Source: Cyanobacteriota bacterium
GTDB taxonomy: Bacteria; Cyanobacteriota; Vampirovibrionia; JBFMGH01
Direction: 5' to 3'
DNA: 48,169 nucleotides
NCBI GenBank assembly: GCA_040752795.1
Contig: JBFMGH010000073.1
Span: forward strand, 2,605-50,773
A model generated the notes under the pieces. That model saw only the letters and a program-made list of their open reading frames with translations. It was not told where the DNA came from and did no database searches. Made by a program: the position numbers and the translations under genes. This document shows, piece by piece, positions 1 to 9,688 of this stretch; position 1 is the first letter of the stretch, and each line of letters opens with the position of its first letter.

Positions 1-44
1 TTGCTATATATATAAATAATATTTTTATTACGGAGCCCGCTGAA

Positions 45-332
45 ATGTTTATTGTAAATAATTTAAATAATACTAATAATAAGATTATCCCGTTGAAAAC
101 CAGACAAAATGATAAGAGTAATTATTTTGACAGACCAGGAATACCTGTATTCGCTTCAAAAACTAATTTAGCTCTAACAGAAAATAAAACTGTAGTTTCT
201 AACAATCAAGGCGATGTACTTGTTAAATCTTCAGCCACTCAAGAAAACTCACAGGGCTTTTTTAGCTGGTTGTTTGAAAATATTGATGCAGAATATCTTG
301 GCCGCACTTCACCATATTATCATTATTGGTAG
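45..332 (+). CDS. Hypothetical protein (95 aa)
   Basis: ORF with a GGAG SD-like sequence upstream; followed by a terminator hairpin; no recognisable domain. Confidence 0.55.
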   Translation: MFIVNNLNNTNNKIIPLKTRQNDKSNYFDRPGIPVFASKTNLALTENKTVVSNNQGDVLVKSSATQENSQGFFSWLFENIDAEYLGRTSPYYHYW

Positions 333-355
333 TTATCTCCCCCACTTCTAAATAG

Positions 356-386
356 AAATTGGCCTGATAGAGTGGGCCAATTTTTA
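356..386. terminator. Intrinsic terminator between convergent genes (probably bidirectional)
   Basis: AAATTGGCCT-gatagagt-GGGCCAATTT hairpin followed by a T-tract. Confidence 0.7.
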
Positions 387-1838
387 TTTGGTAGTAAGGT
401 TTCTCCATAGGTGTGGGCATAATAATACTAGAACTGTCATTATTTCAAGTCTTCCTACCCACATATTGAGAATACAAATTCCTTTGCTGAAGAAATTAAG
501 GTCTGCATAGTTACCCATTGGACCTAAACTGCCAAGGCCCGGGCCAATATTGCCAAGTGATGCTGCTGACGCAATAAATCCTACAAGAAAATCAGATTCA
601 ATAATGCTAATAAGCAGTGTACTTATTAGTAATAGAAGCATATAGTAGAAGAAAAATGTTGTTATTTGTTTCATTACATCAGGAGGAACTATTTGTTTGT
701 CAAGTTTTAAAGGTATAACGGCTTGTGGGTGTATTATTTTTATAACTTCTTTGAAAGCATTTTTAAGTAACAATAAAGCCCTAACGGCTTTTATACCTGC
801 TCCACTTGATCCTGCAGATCCTCCTATGAACATTAATGTTATAAGAACCATTTGCGCTCCTTCTGGCCATTTTGCATAGTCATAAGTAGCAAAACCTGTT
901 GAGGTTAGAACTGATAAACAGTTAAATAAGGCTGTTCTTACTGAGTCAAAAAAACCTTCGTTATTGGATATAATTAATATTAAAGATACCATTATAGTTG
1001 ATACGGCAATAACCAGGCTATAGAAAAGAAACTCTGAATTTTGCAAAAATACTTGAGGCTTTTTGAATTTAATAGCCCTGAACTGCAGAGCGAAGTTTGT
1101 GCCTGCTAAAAACATGAAAATAATTATTATCCATTCAATCAGGTGGTTATTATAACCCATAATACTTTCAGCATTAGGTGAAAAACCTCCAGCCGAAACA
1201 GTTGAAAGAGAGTTGCAAATAGCATCAAATATAGGCATCCCGCATAAGGATAAAAGTATAATTTCTATAATTGTTAACATTATATATAATGCCCATAGAT
1301 TAATAGCTGTGTGTCTTATTCTTGGTGTTAATTGATCTTCTGTTGGGCCTGGTGCTTCTGCAAAGAATAATTGACGGCCTGCAATAGCAAATTGAGGTAA
1401 TACAGCAATAAATAATACCAGTATTCCCAGGCCACCTAACCACTGGCTAAAACTTCTCCAGAAGAAAAAAGATTTAGGATAGATAGAAAAATCCTTGAGT
1501 ATAGTTGCTCCTGTAGCTGTTATGCCTGACATGGATTCAAAAAGAGCATTTTCCAAGCCAAGGTCAAAATAAAGGTATGGAATAGTTCCAAGTAGTGCTG
1601 CTATAAGCCATGTAAATGCAACTACTACCATTCCTTCCGTTCGGTGTATGTCAGTAAAAGTGGGTGTAAGTATTCTGGCAAGAGCACCAATGCTTATGCC
1701 GATTATTCCAGCTGTTCCAAATGCTGGTATTGCTGACCATTCCTGATAAACAATTGCTACCAGTATTGGTACAAAAAGCAAAAAACCTATACATATTGAT
1801 GTTAGACCCAGTGCATCAAGTATTAAGTATACTCTCAT
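384..1838 (-). CDS. trkH: TrkH-family potassium uptake permease
   Basis: Multi-TM protein with FESMSGITATGA, QWLGGLGI, TVSAGGFS and GNIGPG pore motifs; overlaps trkA. Confidence 0.93.
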   Translation of the reverse strand: MRVYLILDALGLTSICIGFLLFVPILVAIVYQEWSAIPAFGTAGIIGISIGALARILTPTFTDIHRTEGMVVVAFTWLIAALLGTIPYLYFDLGLENALFESMSGITATGATILKDFSIYPKSFFFWRSFSQWLGGLGILVLFIAVLPQFAIAGRQLFFAEAPGPTEDQLTPRIRHTAINLWALYIMLTIIEIILLSLCGMPIFDAICNSLSTVSAGGFSPNAESIMGYNNHLIEWIIIIFMFLAGTNFALQFRAIKFKKPQVFLQNSEFLFYSLVIAVSTIMVSLILIISNNEGFFDSVRTALFNCLSVLTSTGFATYDYAKWPEGAQMVLITLMFIGGSAGSSGAGIKAVRALLLLKNAFKEVIKIIHPQAVIPLKLDKQIVPPDVMKQITTFFFYYMLLLLISTLLISIIESDFLVGFIASAASLGNIGPGLGSLGPMGNYADLNFFSKGICILNMWVGRLEIMTVLVLLCPHLWRNLTTK

Positions 1839-3190
1839 GTTTCATTAGACTCAAAAAATTCTTTTACTTTATTTGAATCAGCAGGTGTTGTGAATATTAT
1901 TAATCTATCACCTGGTCTTATTATTGTGCTACCTTTTGGTACAATGACATTTTTCCGTCTTATTATGGTTCCTATTATGGCTTTAAAGGTGAAATTAAGA
2001 TCTTTAACCTGACAATCTTCAAAATCATCTGGCACGGTTATTTCTAAAACTTTACCTTTACCTCTTTCAACTATTGCAAGAATATCTATATCTCTTTCAA
2101 CAAGATCATTAAGAAGTTCTTTTACAGAAGATGACTTAGCTGAAAGTGCAACGTCTACCCCAACAGTTTCAAATAGTTTCAAATTTGATGTTTTATCTAC
2201 ACGAGTAAGAACTTTTTTGACCCCCAGTTGTTTTCCCAAAAGCGAACATAGTAAATTTTTTTCATCGTTATTAGTAACTGACACGAGAACGTCTGTTCTG
2301 CCTATTTGTTCGGATTGAAGCAATTCAAGATCAGTTCCATCTCCATTCAATATAAGACTTTTCTTTAATGTAACAGCTAATTCTTCACACCTTTTTAGTG
2401 AGTTTTCAATTATCTTTATATTAATCTCTTTTTCTTCCAGTTTATTGGCCAGCATAAAACCAACAGTGCCACCACCTATAATGGTCACAGAATTTACATT
2501 CTGTCTTTTTTCAAAGTAGTTGCTGCTAAGTATATTCAGAGCTTCATCTGTTCCCATAAAGATTGTTTTATCGTTTTTATTTAATACGGTATTGCCGTCT
2601 GGTATGAACAATTCGTCATTTCTTGTTATTGCAACAATGATGCACCCTTCAGGGAAATTGCAGTCTTTCAGGTGTTTGTCAACTATTGGTGTGGTTTCTT
2701 TGACTCTATATTCGAAAAGTTTTACTTTTCCTCTTGCAAAAACTTCAACATCTATAGCTGCAGGAACAGAAATAATCTTGTCAAGTTCGTCAGCAAGTGA
2801 TTTCTTTGGCCATATAATATAGTCCAGACCATATTCTGTTCTACCTAAGATCTTATTATTTTTAGCCTGGAAAGAGTCTATGTATTCTTGATGATTGACA
2901 AAACAAATAGTCTCTACTCTTGATAAGTGTTTAGCTGTCCAACATGATATTATGTTTACTTCATCAGAAGGTGTACAGGCAATAAGCATATCAGATTTAC
3001 CTATGTTAGAAGAATTTAGTATTTGTGCACTTGCCCCATTGCCTGTTATAAATCTAATATCAAGCTTACTAAATCTATCAGCTACTTTATCGCTTATATC
3101 TATAACAGTAATATCATGATTTGTGTGTAATTCTTTAGCTAATTGATAGCCAAATTCTCCACCGCCAACAATAACTATGTTCATATTCAA
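1835..3190 (-). CDS. trkA: Trk system potassium uptake regulatory protein TrkA (true start probably ATG at 3184)
   Basis: Two RCK_N/RCK_C repeats with GxGxxG motifs (IVGGGEFG, IIGGGTVG). Confidence 0.93.
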   Translation of the reverse strand: MNMNIVIVGGGEFGYQLAKELHTNHDITVIDISDKVADRFSKLDIRFITGNGASAQILNSSNIGKSDMLIACTPSDEVNIISCWTAKHLSRVETICFVNHQEYIDSFQAKNNKILGRTEYGLDYIIWPKKSLADELDKIISVPAAIDVEVFARGKVKLFEYRVKETTPIVDKHLKDCNFPEGCIIVAITRNDELFIPDGNTVLNKNDKTIFMGTDEALNILSSNYFEKRQNVNSVTIIGGGTVGFMLANKLEEKEINIKIIENSLKRCEELAVTLKKSLILNGDGTDLELLQSEQIGRTDVLVSVTNNDEKNLLCSLLGKQLGVKKVLTRVDKTSNLKLFETVGVDVALSAKSSSVKELLNDLVERDIDILAIVERGKGKVLEITVPDDFEDCQVKDLNFTFKAIIGTIIRRKNVIVPKGSTIIRPGDRLIIFTTPADSNKVKEFFESNET

Positions 3191-3201
3191 TAAGCCTCTT
3201 A

Positions 3202-3234
3202 AAAAATAAAGTCAGATTTACTATATCTGACTTT
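3202..3234 (-). terminator. Intrinsic terminator after rplT
   Basis: AAAGTCAGAT-N7-ATCTGACTTT stem followed by a T-tract on the minus strand. Confidence 0.75.
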
Positions 3235-3255
3235 CAAATTATTAAACACTTTTTT

Positions 3256-3621
3256 TTAAGATGCTTCGGCTAATTTTTCTTTAGCTAAGTCGGCAATCTT
3301 TTTAAAAGCAGCTTCATCTCTAACAGCTATATCTGCAAGCATTTTACGGTTTAATGAGACATTAGCAAGCTTTAGTCCTCTGATAAATTTACTGTAAGTA
3401 ATCCCATTAAGCTTTGCAGCAGCATTAATACGTGTTATCCACAAACGACGAAACTCGCGTTTTTTATTTCTTCTGTCACGATACTGGAATCTTAATGCTC
3501 TCATTACAGCTTCATTAGCAGCTTTAAAGATTCTTTTTCTTCCACCTTTAAACCCTTTTGCTAATTTTAAGATTTTTTTATGTTTTTTGCGCAGAACGTT
3601 ACCACGCTTAACTCTAACCAT
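3256..3621 (-). CDS. rplT: 50S ribosomal protein L20
   Basis: MVRVKRG...LAKGFKG...[12 protein letters not shown]; infC-rpmI-rplT order. Confidence 0.98.
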   Translation of the reverse strand: MVRVKRGNVLRKKHKKILKLAKGFKGGRKRIFKAANEAVMRALRFQYRDRRNKKREFRRLWITRINAAAKLNGITYSKFIRGLKLANVSLNRKMLADIAVRDEAAFKKIADLAKEKLAEAS

Positions 3622-3648
3622 TTGTAGCTCCTTTTAATCAGTTTTTAT

Positions 3649-3858
3649 TTAACGGGAATATTTAATGTAAGGAAGTTGAACTCTTACTCTTTTGACTTCA
3701 CCTTTAAAGAGATCTTCCATATTGCCGAGTCTGCGTTTTCTTTCAGGACTTTTCTTTGTTAAGATATGGCTTTTATAAGCTTTTCTTCTTTTGATTTTTC
3801 CTGAAGCAGTAACCTTGTACCTTTTGGCAGCAGCGCGGTGAGTTTTCATCTTAGGCAT
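3649..3858 (-). CDS. rpmI: 50S ribosomal protein L35
   Basis: [21 protein letters not shown]...HILTKKS. Confidence 0.98.
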   Translation of the reverse strand: MPKMKTHRAAAKRYKVTASGKIKRRKAYKSHILTKKSPERKRRLGNMEDLFKGEVKRVRVQLPYIKYSR

Positions 3859-3876
3859 TTGTTTTCTCCTATATTT

Positions 3877-4416
3877 CTAGCTGGGTCCAGTACCAGGTGC
3901 TAGTATCATTGTTACGTTTTTACCTTCAGAAGATGGTTTTTTATCAATTATACAAAGATCTTTAAGATCTTCGAAAAATTTGTTTAGCAGTTCAAAAGCT
4001 AGATTAGTATGTTGTGCTTCTCTTCCTCTAAGCATAATGACTACTTTTACTTTGTTTCCGGATTTGAGAAATTTACTGGCATTTTTAATCCGGACATTGT
4101 AGTCATGCACATCTATTTTATACCGCATTTTTATTTCTTTTATTTCTACAGTATGTTGTTTTTTTCTAGCTTCCCTTGCTCTTTTATCACTTTCAAATTT
4201 AAATTTACCATAATCAAGTATTTTTGCAACAGGTGGGTTTTGGTCTGGGCTAATAAGCACCAAATCTAACCCTCTTTCATAAGCTAATCTTCTTGCTTCG
4301 GATGTTTTAATGATTCCTAAATTTTCACCATCATCAGTAATAACCCTAAGTTCTTTAGCAGTTATTCTTTCATTGATTAATGGCATGTTTTTTGATGAAG
4401 GACCTCGAGTGCTAAT
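3877..4416 (-). CDS. infC: Translation initiation factor IF-3 (probable ATT start at 4416)
   Basis: INERI...GLDLVLISP...PPVAKILDYGKFKFE; SD AAGGAG (4425-4430) lies 8 nt from an in-frame ATT, 10 codons upstream of the ORF-track ATG. Confidence 0.95.
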   Translation of the reverse strand: MSTRGPSSKNMPLINERITAKELRVITDDGENLGIIKTSEARRLAYERGLDLVLISPDQNPPVAKILDYGKFKFESDKRAREARKKQHTVEIKEIKMRYKIDVHDYNVRIKNASKFLKSGNKVKVVIMLRGREAQHTNLAFELLNKFFEDLKDLCIIDKKPSSEGKNVTMILAPGTGPS

Positions 4417-4463
4417 AACAATTTCTCCTTATTAATCTTGTAATCAACAATATTTAAAGAATA

Positions 4464-4546
4464 TGCCGAAGGTGGGACTTGAACCCACACGGACTAGCGC
4501 CCACATGCTCCTGAAGCATGCGTGTATACCATTTCACCACTTCGGC
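4464..4546 (-). tRNA. tRNA-Leu(CAG), CCA not encoded
   Basis: Reverse complement GCCGAAGTGGTGAAATGGTATACACGCATGCTTCAGGAGCATGTGGGCGCTAGTCCGTGTGGGTTCAAGTCCCACCTTCGGCA: cloverleaf with long variable arm, GTTCAA T-loop and anticodon CAG. Confidence 0.96.
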
Positions 4547-4902
4547 TTTTGAAACAGGGTTATATTACTATACAATTCCCTGTTATGTGAATAATAATTA
4601 TATTACATCAAGCATCAAAAAACCTATAGCCTCTTATCTTAAACTGTTTATAATTGTTAACTTTGCAAGTTATTTTTTACCTTTTTCTTTTAGCGTTATA
4701 TAGTTTTTTAAGCCTATTAATATTGAATATTGCTTGTTTAAACAGTTCTTTTAAACGGGCTTTTCTTAAAAACAGTTATTTGGGATACCTAAAAAAAATC
4801 TAAAACTTTTACATAAATTAATATTTTCAATTTAAATTATCTTAATTATTAAACTCTTTTCATTAGTTAAAGTGTCTGGATTAATTGACTTTTATAACTA
4901 TG

Positions 4903-5922
4903 TTAAATAGTTTGATGCTCTGTTATATGTTCTACAGCCTCTTTTACAAAATCACTTGGTTTATTGGTATTTGTATTAATCTTTTGTAACTGACTTTTCC
5001 AGAATGAAATGGTGCTTTCATCTGCAAATTTAATATAAGACTTAATAGCTTTATCGTATTCATAGTTGTTTTTAAGTAATTGGAAATTTTTAGCTAGTCC
5101 ATAATATACAAGAAATTTTTGTTTTTCCGGGAGATCAAATTCAAGAGTCTTTTTAAAGTGATTTATAGATTCATTATTATTGCCGTTTAAAAGATAGCAC
5201 AGCCCTATTGTGTAAAAAGCATTCCATTGATCAGGTAATAACTCAGTTATCTTTTTTGAGTTTTCTATAGCCCTGTCAAAATTTTCAATAGCTGTGTATG
5301 CGTTAGATAAATTCAAATAACTCATTGCGTCTTCGGGCCTTATAAATTTTGCCTTCTCTAGAACATCTATAGCTTTATCATATTCTAGGTCCTTGAAATA
5401 AACATGACCAAGTAATATTAATGTTTCAAAACTATTTGGATACCTGGATAATATTTGATTTAATATCGCCTTGGATTCCTCAACACGATTGAACTTAAAT
5501 AGCTTATAGGCTTTTTTGTATCCTGGCACTGGTACAAAGTTATTGTAATATATTGTAAACACTATCTGGGTGAAAAAAAATATAACAATAGTTCCTAAAA
5601 AACTTCTGATTAAAGCATAAAATATACCAGAAATTATAAATGGTACCAGTAGTAAGCCAATATTAAGCATTAATGTTTTATTCGCTATTATAGATTTAAT
5701 ATTTTTACTTTTAATAATGGCGAAAAAGCTGAAATAAATAACAATAAATACTAATGTTGCAATACAGTTTGTTGTGTTTGAAGCCAAATTGAGCTTAGCT
5801 GTTATTAATAAAAAGAATACGTATAGTAATGATATTATTATTGATCCTGATATAAGCTTGATTAAAAGATTATTTTGGCTTTTATCCTTCTTTATTCCTT
5901 TAGGCATAGCATTTCTTGTCAT
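4903..5922 (-). CDS. Membrane protein with about 4 N-terminal TM helices and C-terminal TPR repeats
   Basis: Hydrophobic N-terminal half; TPR patterns (LLGHVYF..YDKAIDVLEKA, YLNLSNAY..FDRAIE, YTIGLCY). Confidence 0.8.
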   Translation of the reverse strand: MTRNAMPKGIKKDKSQNNLLIKLISGSIIISLLYVFFLLITAKLNLASNTTNCIATLVFIVIYFSFFAIIKSKNIKSIIANKTLMLNIGLLLVPFIISGIFYALIRSFLGTIVIFFFTQIVFTIYYNNFVPVPGYKKAYKLFKFNRVEESKAILNQILSRYPNSFETLILLGHVYFKDLEYDKAIDVLEKAKFIRPEDAMSYLNLSNAYTAIENFDRAIENSKKITELLPDQWNAFYTIGLCYLLNGNNNESINHFKKTLEFDLPEKQKFLVYYGLAKNFQLLKNNYEYDKAIKSYIKFADESTISFWKSQLQKINTNTNKPSDFVKEAVEHITEHQTI

Positions 5923-6058
5923 AATTAGTACTCTGTCAAACTTAAGTAATTATAATACAATGTTTTAAATTATAAATATTTTTGTGCTTTTAAATTATTG
6001 GTTTTATAATTTGTTAAGCTTTAAAGTTCTTAATGCCTAAATAAGGTGGATAATATAG

Positions 6059-7147
6059 ATGTCAAAAGTTCTGCTAAAAGATGTGTCAAAAAGTTATGGT
6101 GATGTAACTGCAATAAAAAATGTCAATTTAGAAATTGAAGATAAAGAATTTATGGTTCTAGTAGGTCCTTCTGGCTGTGGCAAATCTACTGTACTTAGGA
6201 TGATAGCAGGCTTGGAAGATATATCGTCAGGAGAACTGTTGATTGGAGAGCGTATAGTAAATCATATTGAACCAAAAGATAGGAATATTGCCATGGTATT
6301 TCAGAGTTATGCTCTGTATCCTCATAAAAATGTTTACGAAAACCTGGCATTTGGTCTTAAAATGCGTAAATTTAATAAAGACGAAATTGATAAAAGAGTA
6401 AAAAAAGCCGCTTCAATTTTGCATATAACAGAATATCTTGATAGAAAACCACGACAACTTTCAGGTGGTCAACGTCAACGTGTAGCTTTAGGTAGAGCTA
6501 TTGTTAGAGACCCGGAAGTCTTCCTTATGGATGAGCCTTTATCTAATCTTGATGCTAAGCTAAGGGTTCAAATGCGTTCAGAATTAATTAAATTGCATAA
6601 CGATTTACAAACCACTTTTATATATGTTACTCATGATCAGGTTGAAGCCATGACAATGGGTGATAGAATTGCTATTTTAAATGATGGTGTTATCCAGCAG
6701 GTTGATAATCCAAGAAATATTTATAGTAAACCCAGTAATATGTTTGTAGCTAGTTTTATTGGCTCACCACCAATGAACTTTATTCAAGGAGAAATTACAG
6801 ATAAGGGAACTTTTAATATTGGGGATACTTCATTATTACTGGCTGAAGATTTGATGAAAAAAGCTAGAGCTAATAATTACTTAAATAAAAAAATATATCT
6901 GGGAATAAGACCCGAACACTTTGATGTTGAAAATAACGGAAATCCTAAAATTTCTGTAAAAGTTGATTTAATAGAAATGCTAGGTAGTGAAAAACTTTTA
7001 TATTTCAAAATAAACAATAATAATGTTATTGCTAAGTCGTCACCAGATATAGATATTGCTAATGGGGCACACATAGATCTTTTTGTTGAAATTGATAAAG
7101 CAGTTTTATTTGATGCAGAAACAACGGTTAATATTGATTGTTTATAG
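6059..7147 (+). CDS. MsmX/MalK/UgpC-type carbohydrate ABC transporter ATPase
   Basis: Walker A GPSGCGKST, VFQSYALYPH, LSGGQRQRVALGRA, DEPLSNLDA, C-terminal TOBE (LGIRPEH). Confidence 0.93.
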   Translation: MSKVLLKDVSKSYGDVTAIKNVNLEIEDKEFMVLVGPSGCGKSTVLRMIAGLEDISSGELLIGERIVNHIEPKDRNIAMVFQSYALYPHKNVYENLAFGLKMRKFNKDEIDKRVKKAASILHITEYLDRKPRQLSGGQRQRVALGRAIVRDPEVFLMDEPLSNLDAKLRVQMRSELIKLHNDLQTTFIYVTHDQVEAMTMGDRIAILNDGVIQQVDNPRNIYSKPSNMFVASFIGSPPMNFIQGEITDKGTFNIGDTSLLLAEDLMKKARANNYLNKKIYLGIRPEHFDVENNGNPKISVKVDLIEMLGSEKLLYFKINNNNVIAKSSPDIDIANGAHIDLFVEIDKAVLFDAETTVNIDCL

Positions 7148-7877
7148 TTCTAACTATTTCTAGTTTTCCTGCTGCACCAATATGGCTATTGATAATAGCT
7201 ACTATCCCCAGTATGCCATCAATAGAAAGAGCAAAATTAATAGCCTCTTCAATGTCTTCTGGTTTTTGAATAATATTTGCTGTAGCTGTTGCTACTGAAT
7301 CACTTAATGAGGTGTTTTTAGACATTATTACAACAGCATCGGCTTTGCCAAAACTAGTTGAATGCCCAACAGTTCCTGATGAAGTACAGACACCAACGGG
7401 CATTAACTCTGTTTTTATTAATAACCCTATTTTGCCTGTTAATGGTGATTTTCCAGCATATATACCTAAAACCCTGTCTTTTTTGCTAGAAATGAATATG
7501 TCTCCGCCATTTTCTACAATAACTTGTGATGAAAAATTTAATAGATCCTTTCCTACATACTCAGCCATGGCACCAGCGACTGCTGCAAAAGGGCCAACAT
7601 CAGCTTTTAAGGCTGCTTCGCTCATATCTTTTATTATTTCAGGGGCGCTTTGTATAACCTTTACGGGTTTAAAGGAGGTTTCAAATTCGCTATGTGTTTT
7701 TATGTAGTTTTTGATCTGGTTTCTGTATAGTATTACACTTTTAAGAGCTTCTTTATAAAGGTCTTTTTCTGCACTAATAAATAAGTCAGTCTCAAATTCA
7801 GTTACCTGAAAGCTTAATAAGTCTTCAGAGTTTGACCAGTTTCTGTAAGTGCGGTTTATATAAGAGTTATTATGCAT
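7128..7877 (-). CDS. UPF0280-family ApbE-like protein (MA1715-like)
   Basis: ADVGPFAAVAGA, VENGGDIF, GVCTSSGTVGHSTSFGKADAV motifs; linked to the DUF39 gene. Confidence 0.87.
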   Translation of the reverse strand: MHNNSYINRTYRNWSNSEDLLSFQVTEFETDLFISAEKDLYKEALKSVILYRNQIKNYIKTHSEFETSFKPVKVIQSAPEIIKDMSEAALKADVGPFAAVAGAMAEYVGKDLLNFSSQVIVENGGDIFISSKKDRVLGIYAGKSPLTGKIGLLIKTELMPVGVCTSSGTVGHSTSFGKADAVVIMSKNTSLSDSVATATANIIQKPEDIEEAINFALSIDGILGIVAIINSHIGAAGKLEIVRTINNQY

Positions 7878-8284
7878 TAAAAATCAAGTGATATGGCATT
7901 GTATGGACATGCGGCAAGGCAAATCTCGCAAACAATACATTTATCGGCATCAAAGGTTATTTTCATTGTTTCTCTATCAACATCCAGTGCTTTTGTTGGG
8001 CATAATGATGTGCAGGCAGTGCAGTGAATGCATTTAGTGTCATTCCAGTTGACGCCTTTAGCAAGATTTTCCCATTTTATTCCTATTTCAGTTATAAATT
8101 TGTAGGCTTTATTCATGTCTTCTTCAGAGCCTTTAAGTTGTATGATTAGTGTGCCTTGTTCATTCGGTTTAATTCTTGCTCTGAGAATATTGAACATGAG
8201 GTTGTAATCTTTTACGAGTTTATATGTTATAGGTTCTTTAACTACACTCTTTGGAAAATTAAGGACTACTGTGCGTTTAATCAT
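7877..8284 (-). CDS. NIL domain plus 2x[4Fe-4S] ferredoxin (MA1822-like)
   Basis: N-terminal NIL (EPITYKLVKDYNLMFNILRA); CIHCTACTSLCP and CIVCEICLAACP. Confidence 0.9.
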   Translation of the reverse strand: MIKRTVVLNFPKSVVKEPITYKLVKDYNLMFNILRARIKPNEQGTLIIQLKGSEEDMNKAYKFITEIGIKWENLAKGVNWNDTKCIHCTACTSLCPTKALDVDRETMKITFDADKCIVCEICLAACPYNAISLDF

Positions 8285-8304
8285 TATATTTCTCCTTCAG
8301 AAGA

Positions 8305-9501
8305 TTATTTTACGCAAGAAAGTGATTTAATTTTAATATCGCAGCCAGCAGTAGGAAGCATAGCTACTGGTTCTGTTAATAAAAAGTCACCTTTTTCAAT
8401 TGATTCTTTCAGTATGTTGGCTATTTCTAAAGCCTTTGAGTAACTTGACATGCTGGCTGTTGGAACATCCTTCCCATTAATAGTTATAACACCACTTTTT
8501 AGTTGTTTATAATTGACTGTTCCCAGATTATTAGGTTTGCAATTTGGATAATCTTCCGAGTAGTCATAGATTGTTGCAACAATATCCTTGTCTTCAACAG
8601 TTGTATATTTTAGTATATCTTTATTAAGTATAGGGATAGGAATACCTACACCAACAGTTAAGGATACACCATATCCAGAAAGACTGGTTCCTCTGAGCCA
8701 TTCAGGGCTCATTTGTTTTAAATCACCTATTAAACCAAGTGTGCCTGCTCCTGAAACAGGTGTGCCATTATCCAGGCGAGCTTGATTTGGATTATGTTGA
8801 GTACCCTGCCAGCTTACATAACCTATTCCACCACCAAGAAATATTCTAGTTCCTATGCCAATTGTTTTGTATAAGGGGTCGTTTAATAGTGGACTTAATT
8901 GACCTGCAGAGCAGTAGTTTGCATTGCTAATATTAGGATACAGTATTCCCATGTAGGTATAAATAGGTCTTTCTGAGTGCATATTTACTGCAACGGCATA
9001 GTTTTGGTAGCAATTACGGGGGTTGAATAAATATGCTTCATTAACAGTTTTAATGTTTATAGTTGTTTCCACTTTTTTATTTGGATAACAATCTGTTCCA
9101 TAAGATGTTGTTAATAGATGGACATCTTTTCCTGCTACGAGGTCTTCTATTACGTGTGCACCACCATAAGCAAATCTGCCAGGGAATACTTTATTCTCCG
9201 GATCATCTTCACATAATTGCGTAGCACCGATTATTAAATCAACAGCAGCAACGCCGCAGTACGCTTCTACATTGTTAAGCCATGCTTTTTGCATTTTTAT
9301 TCTTGGTGAAGAATGGCCAGTATTAATGATTGCAGATGATGAACACATTGGTCCAAACGTTCCTGTTGTTACAACATCAACTTTTTCTGCTGCTTTCTCA
9401 AGCCCTTCTTCTTCCACAACATGTATAATTTCTTCTGCGTTGAAGATTAAAGCTTTGCCACTTTTAATTTTTTCATTTATTTCAGCAATCGTTTTAGGCA
9501 T
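8305..9501 (-). CDS. Homocysteine biosynthesis protein / L-aspartate semialdehyde sulfurtransferase (DUF39, MA1821-like, no CBS domains)
   Basis: KTIAEINEKI, VDVVTTGTFGPMCSS, YGGAHVIEDLV, YGTDCYP, NPRNCYQNY, GQLSPLLNDP motifs. Confidence 0.88.
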   Translation of the reverse strand: MPKTIAEINEKIKSGKALIFNAEEIIHVVEEEGLEKAAEKVDVVTTGTFGPMCSSSAIINTGHSSPRIKMQKAWLNNVEAYCGVAAVDLIIGATQLCEDDPENKVFPGRFAYGGAHVIEDLVAGKDVHLLTTSYGTDCYPNKKVETTINIKTVNEAYLFNPRNCYQNYAVAVNMHSERPIYTYMGILYPNISNANYCSAGQLSPLLNDPLYKTIGIGTRIFLGGGIGYVSWQGTQHNPNQARLDNGTPVSGAGTLGLIGDLKQMSPEWLRGTSLSGYGVSLTVGVGIPIPILNKDILKYTTVEDKDIVATIYDYSEDYPNCKPNNLGTVNYKQLKSGVITINGKDVPTASMSSYSKALEIANILKESIEKGDFLLTEPVAMLPTAGCDIKIKSLSCVK

Positions 9502-9548
9502 ATTGCCCTCCTTTTATATTAAATAGTTTCATTATACATAGATTTTTT

Positions 9549-9585
9549 AAAAAATAAAGTTAGAGGATTCTTTTATCCTCTAACT
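9549..9585 (-). terminator. Intrinsic terminator after the XRE/S24 regulator gene
   Basis: Perfect 11-bp stem AGTTAGAGGAT-N6-ATCCTCTAACT (9558-9585) with a T-tract on the minus strand. Confidence 0.75.
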
Positions 9586-9688
9586 CTTTCAATTTTATAT
9601 TATCAAAAAATAACAGTATTTTTTGATAAGTTATAAATTATTTAACAAGTATTAAGGAGATATTTAGTCCTGAAAGGATTGACAGATA

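Noticed and set aside
3435-3443. Perfect DnaA box TTATCCACA
   Set aside because: A single copy inside rplT coding sequence; no cluster or dnaA context
4518-4703. 61-aa ORF on the plus strand
   Set aside because: Overlaps tRNA-Leu and its promoter antisense; no coding features
9502-9560. SAM riboswitch or T-box before the homocysteine operon
   Set aside because: The -10 box (9531-9536) is about 30 nt from the start codon, leaving no room, and no motifs are present
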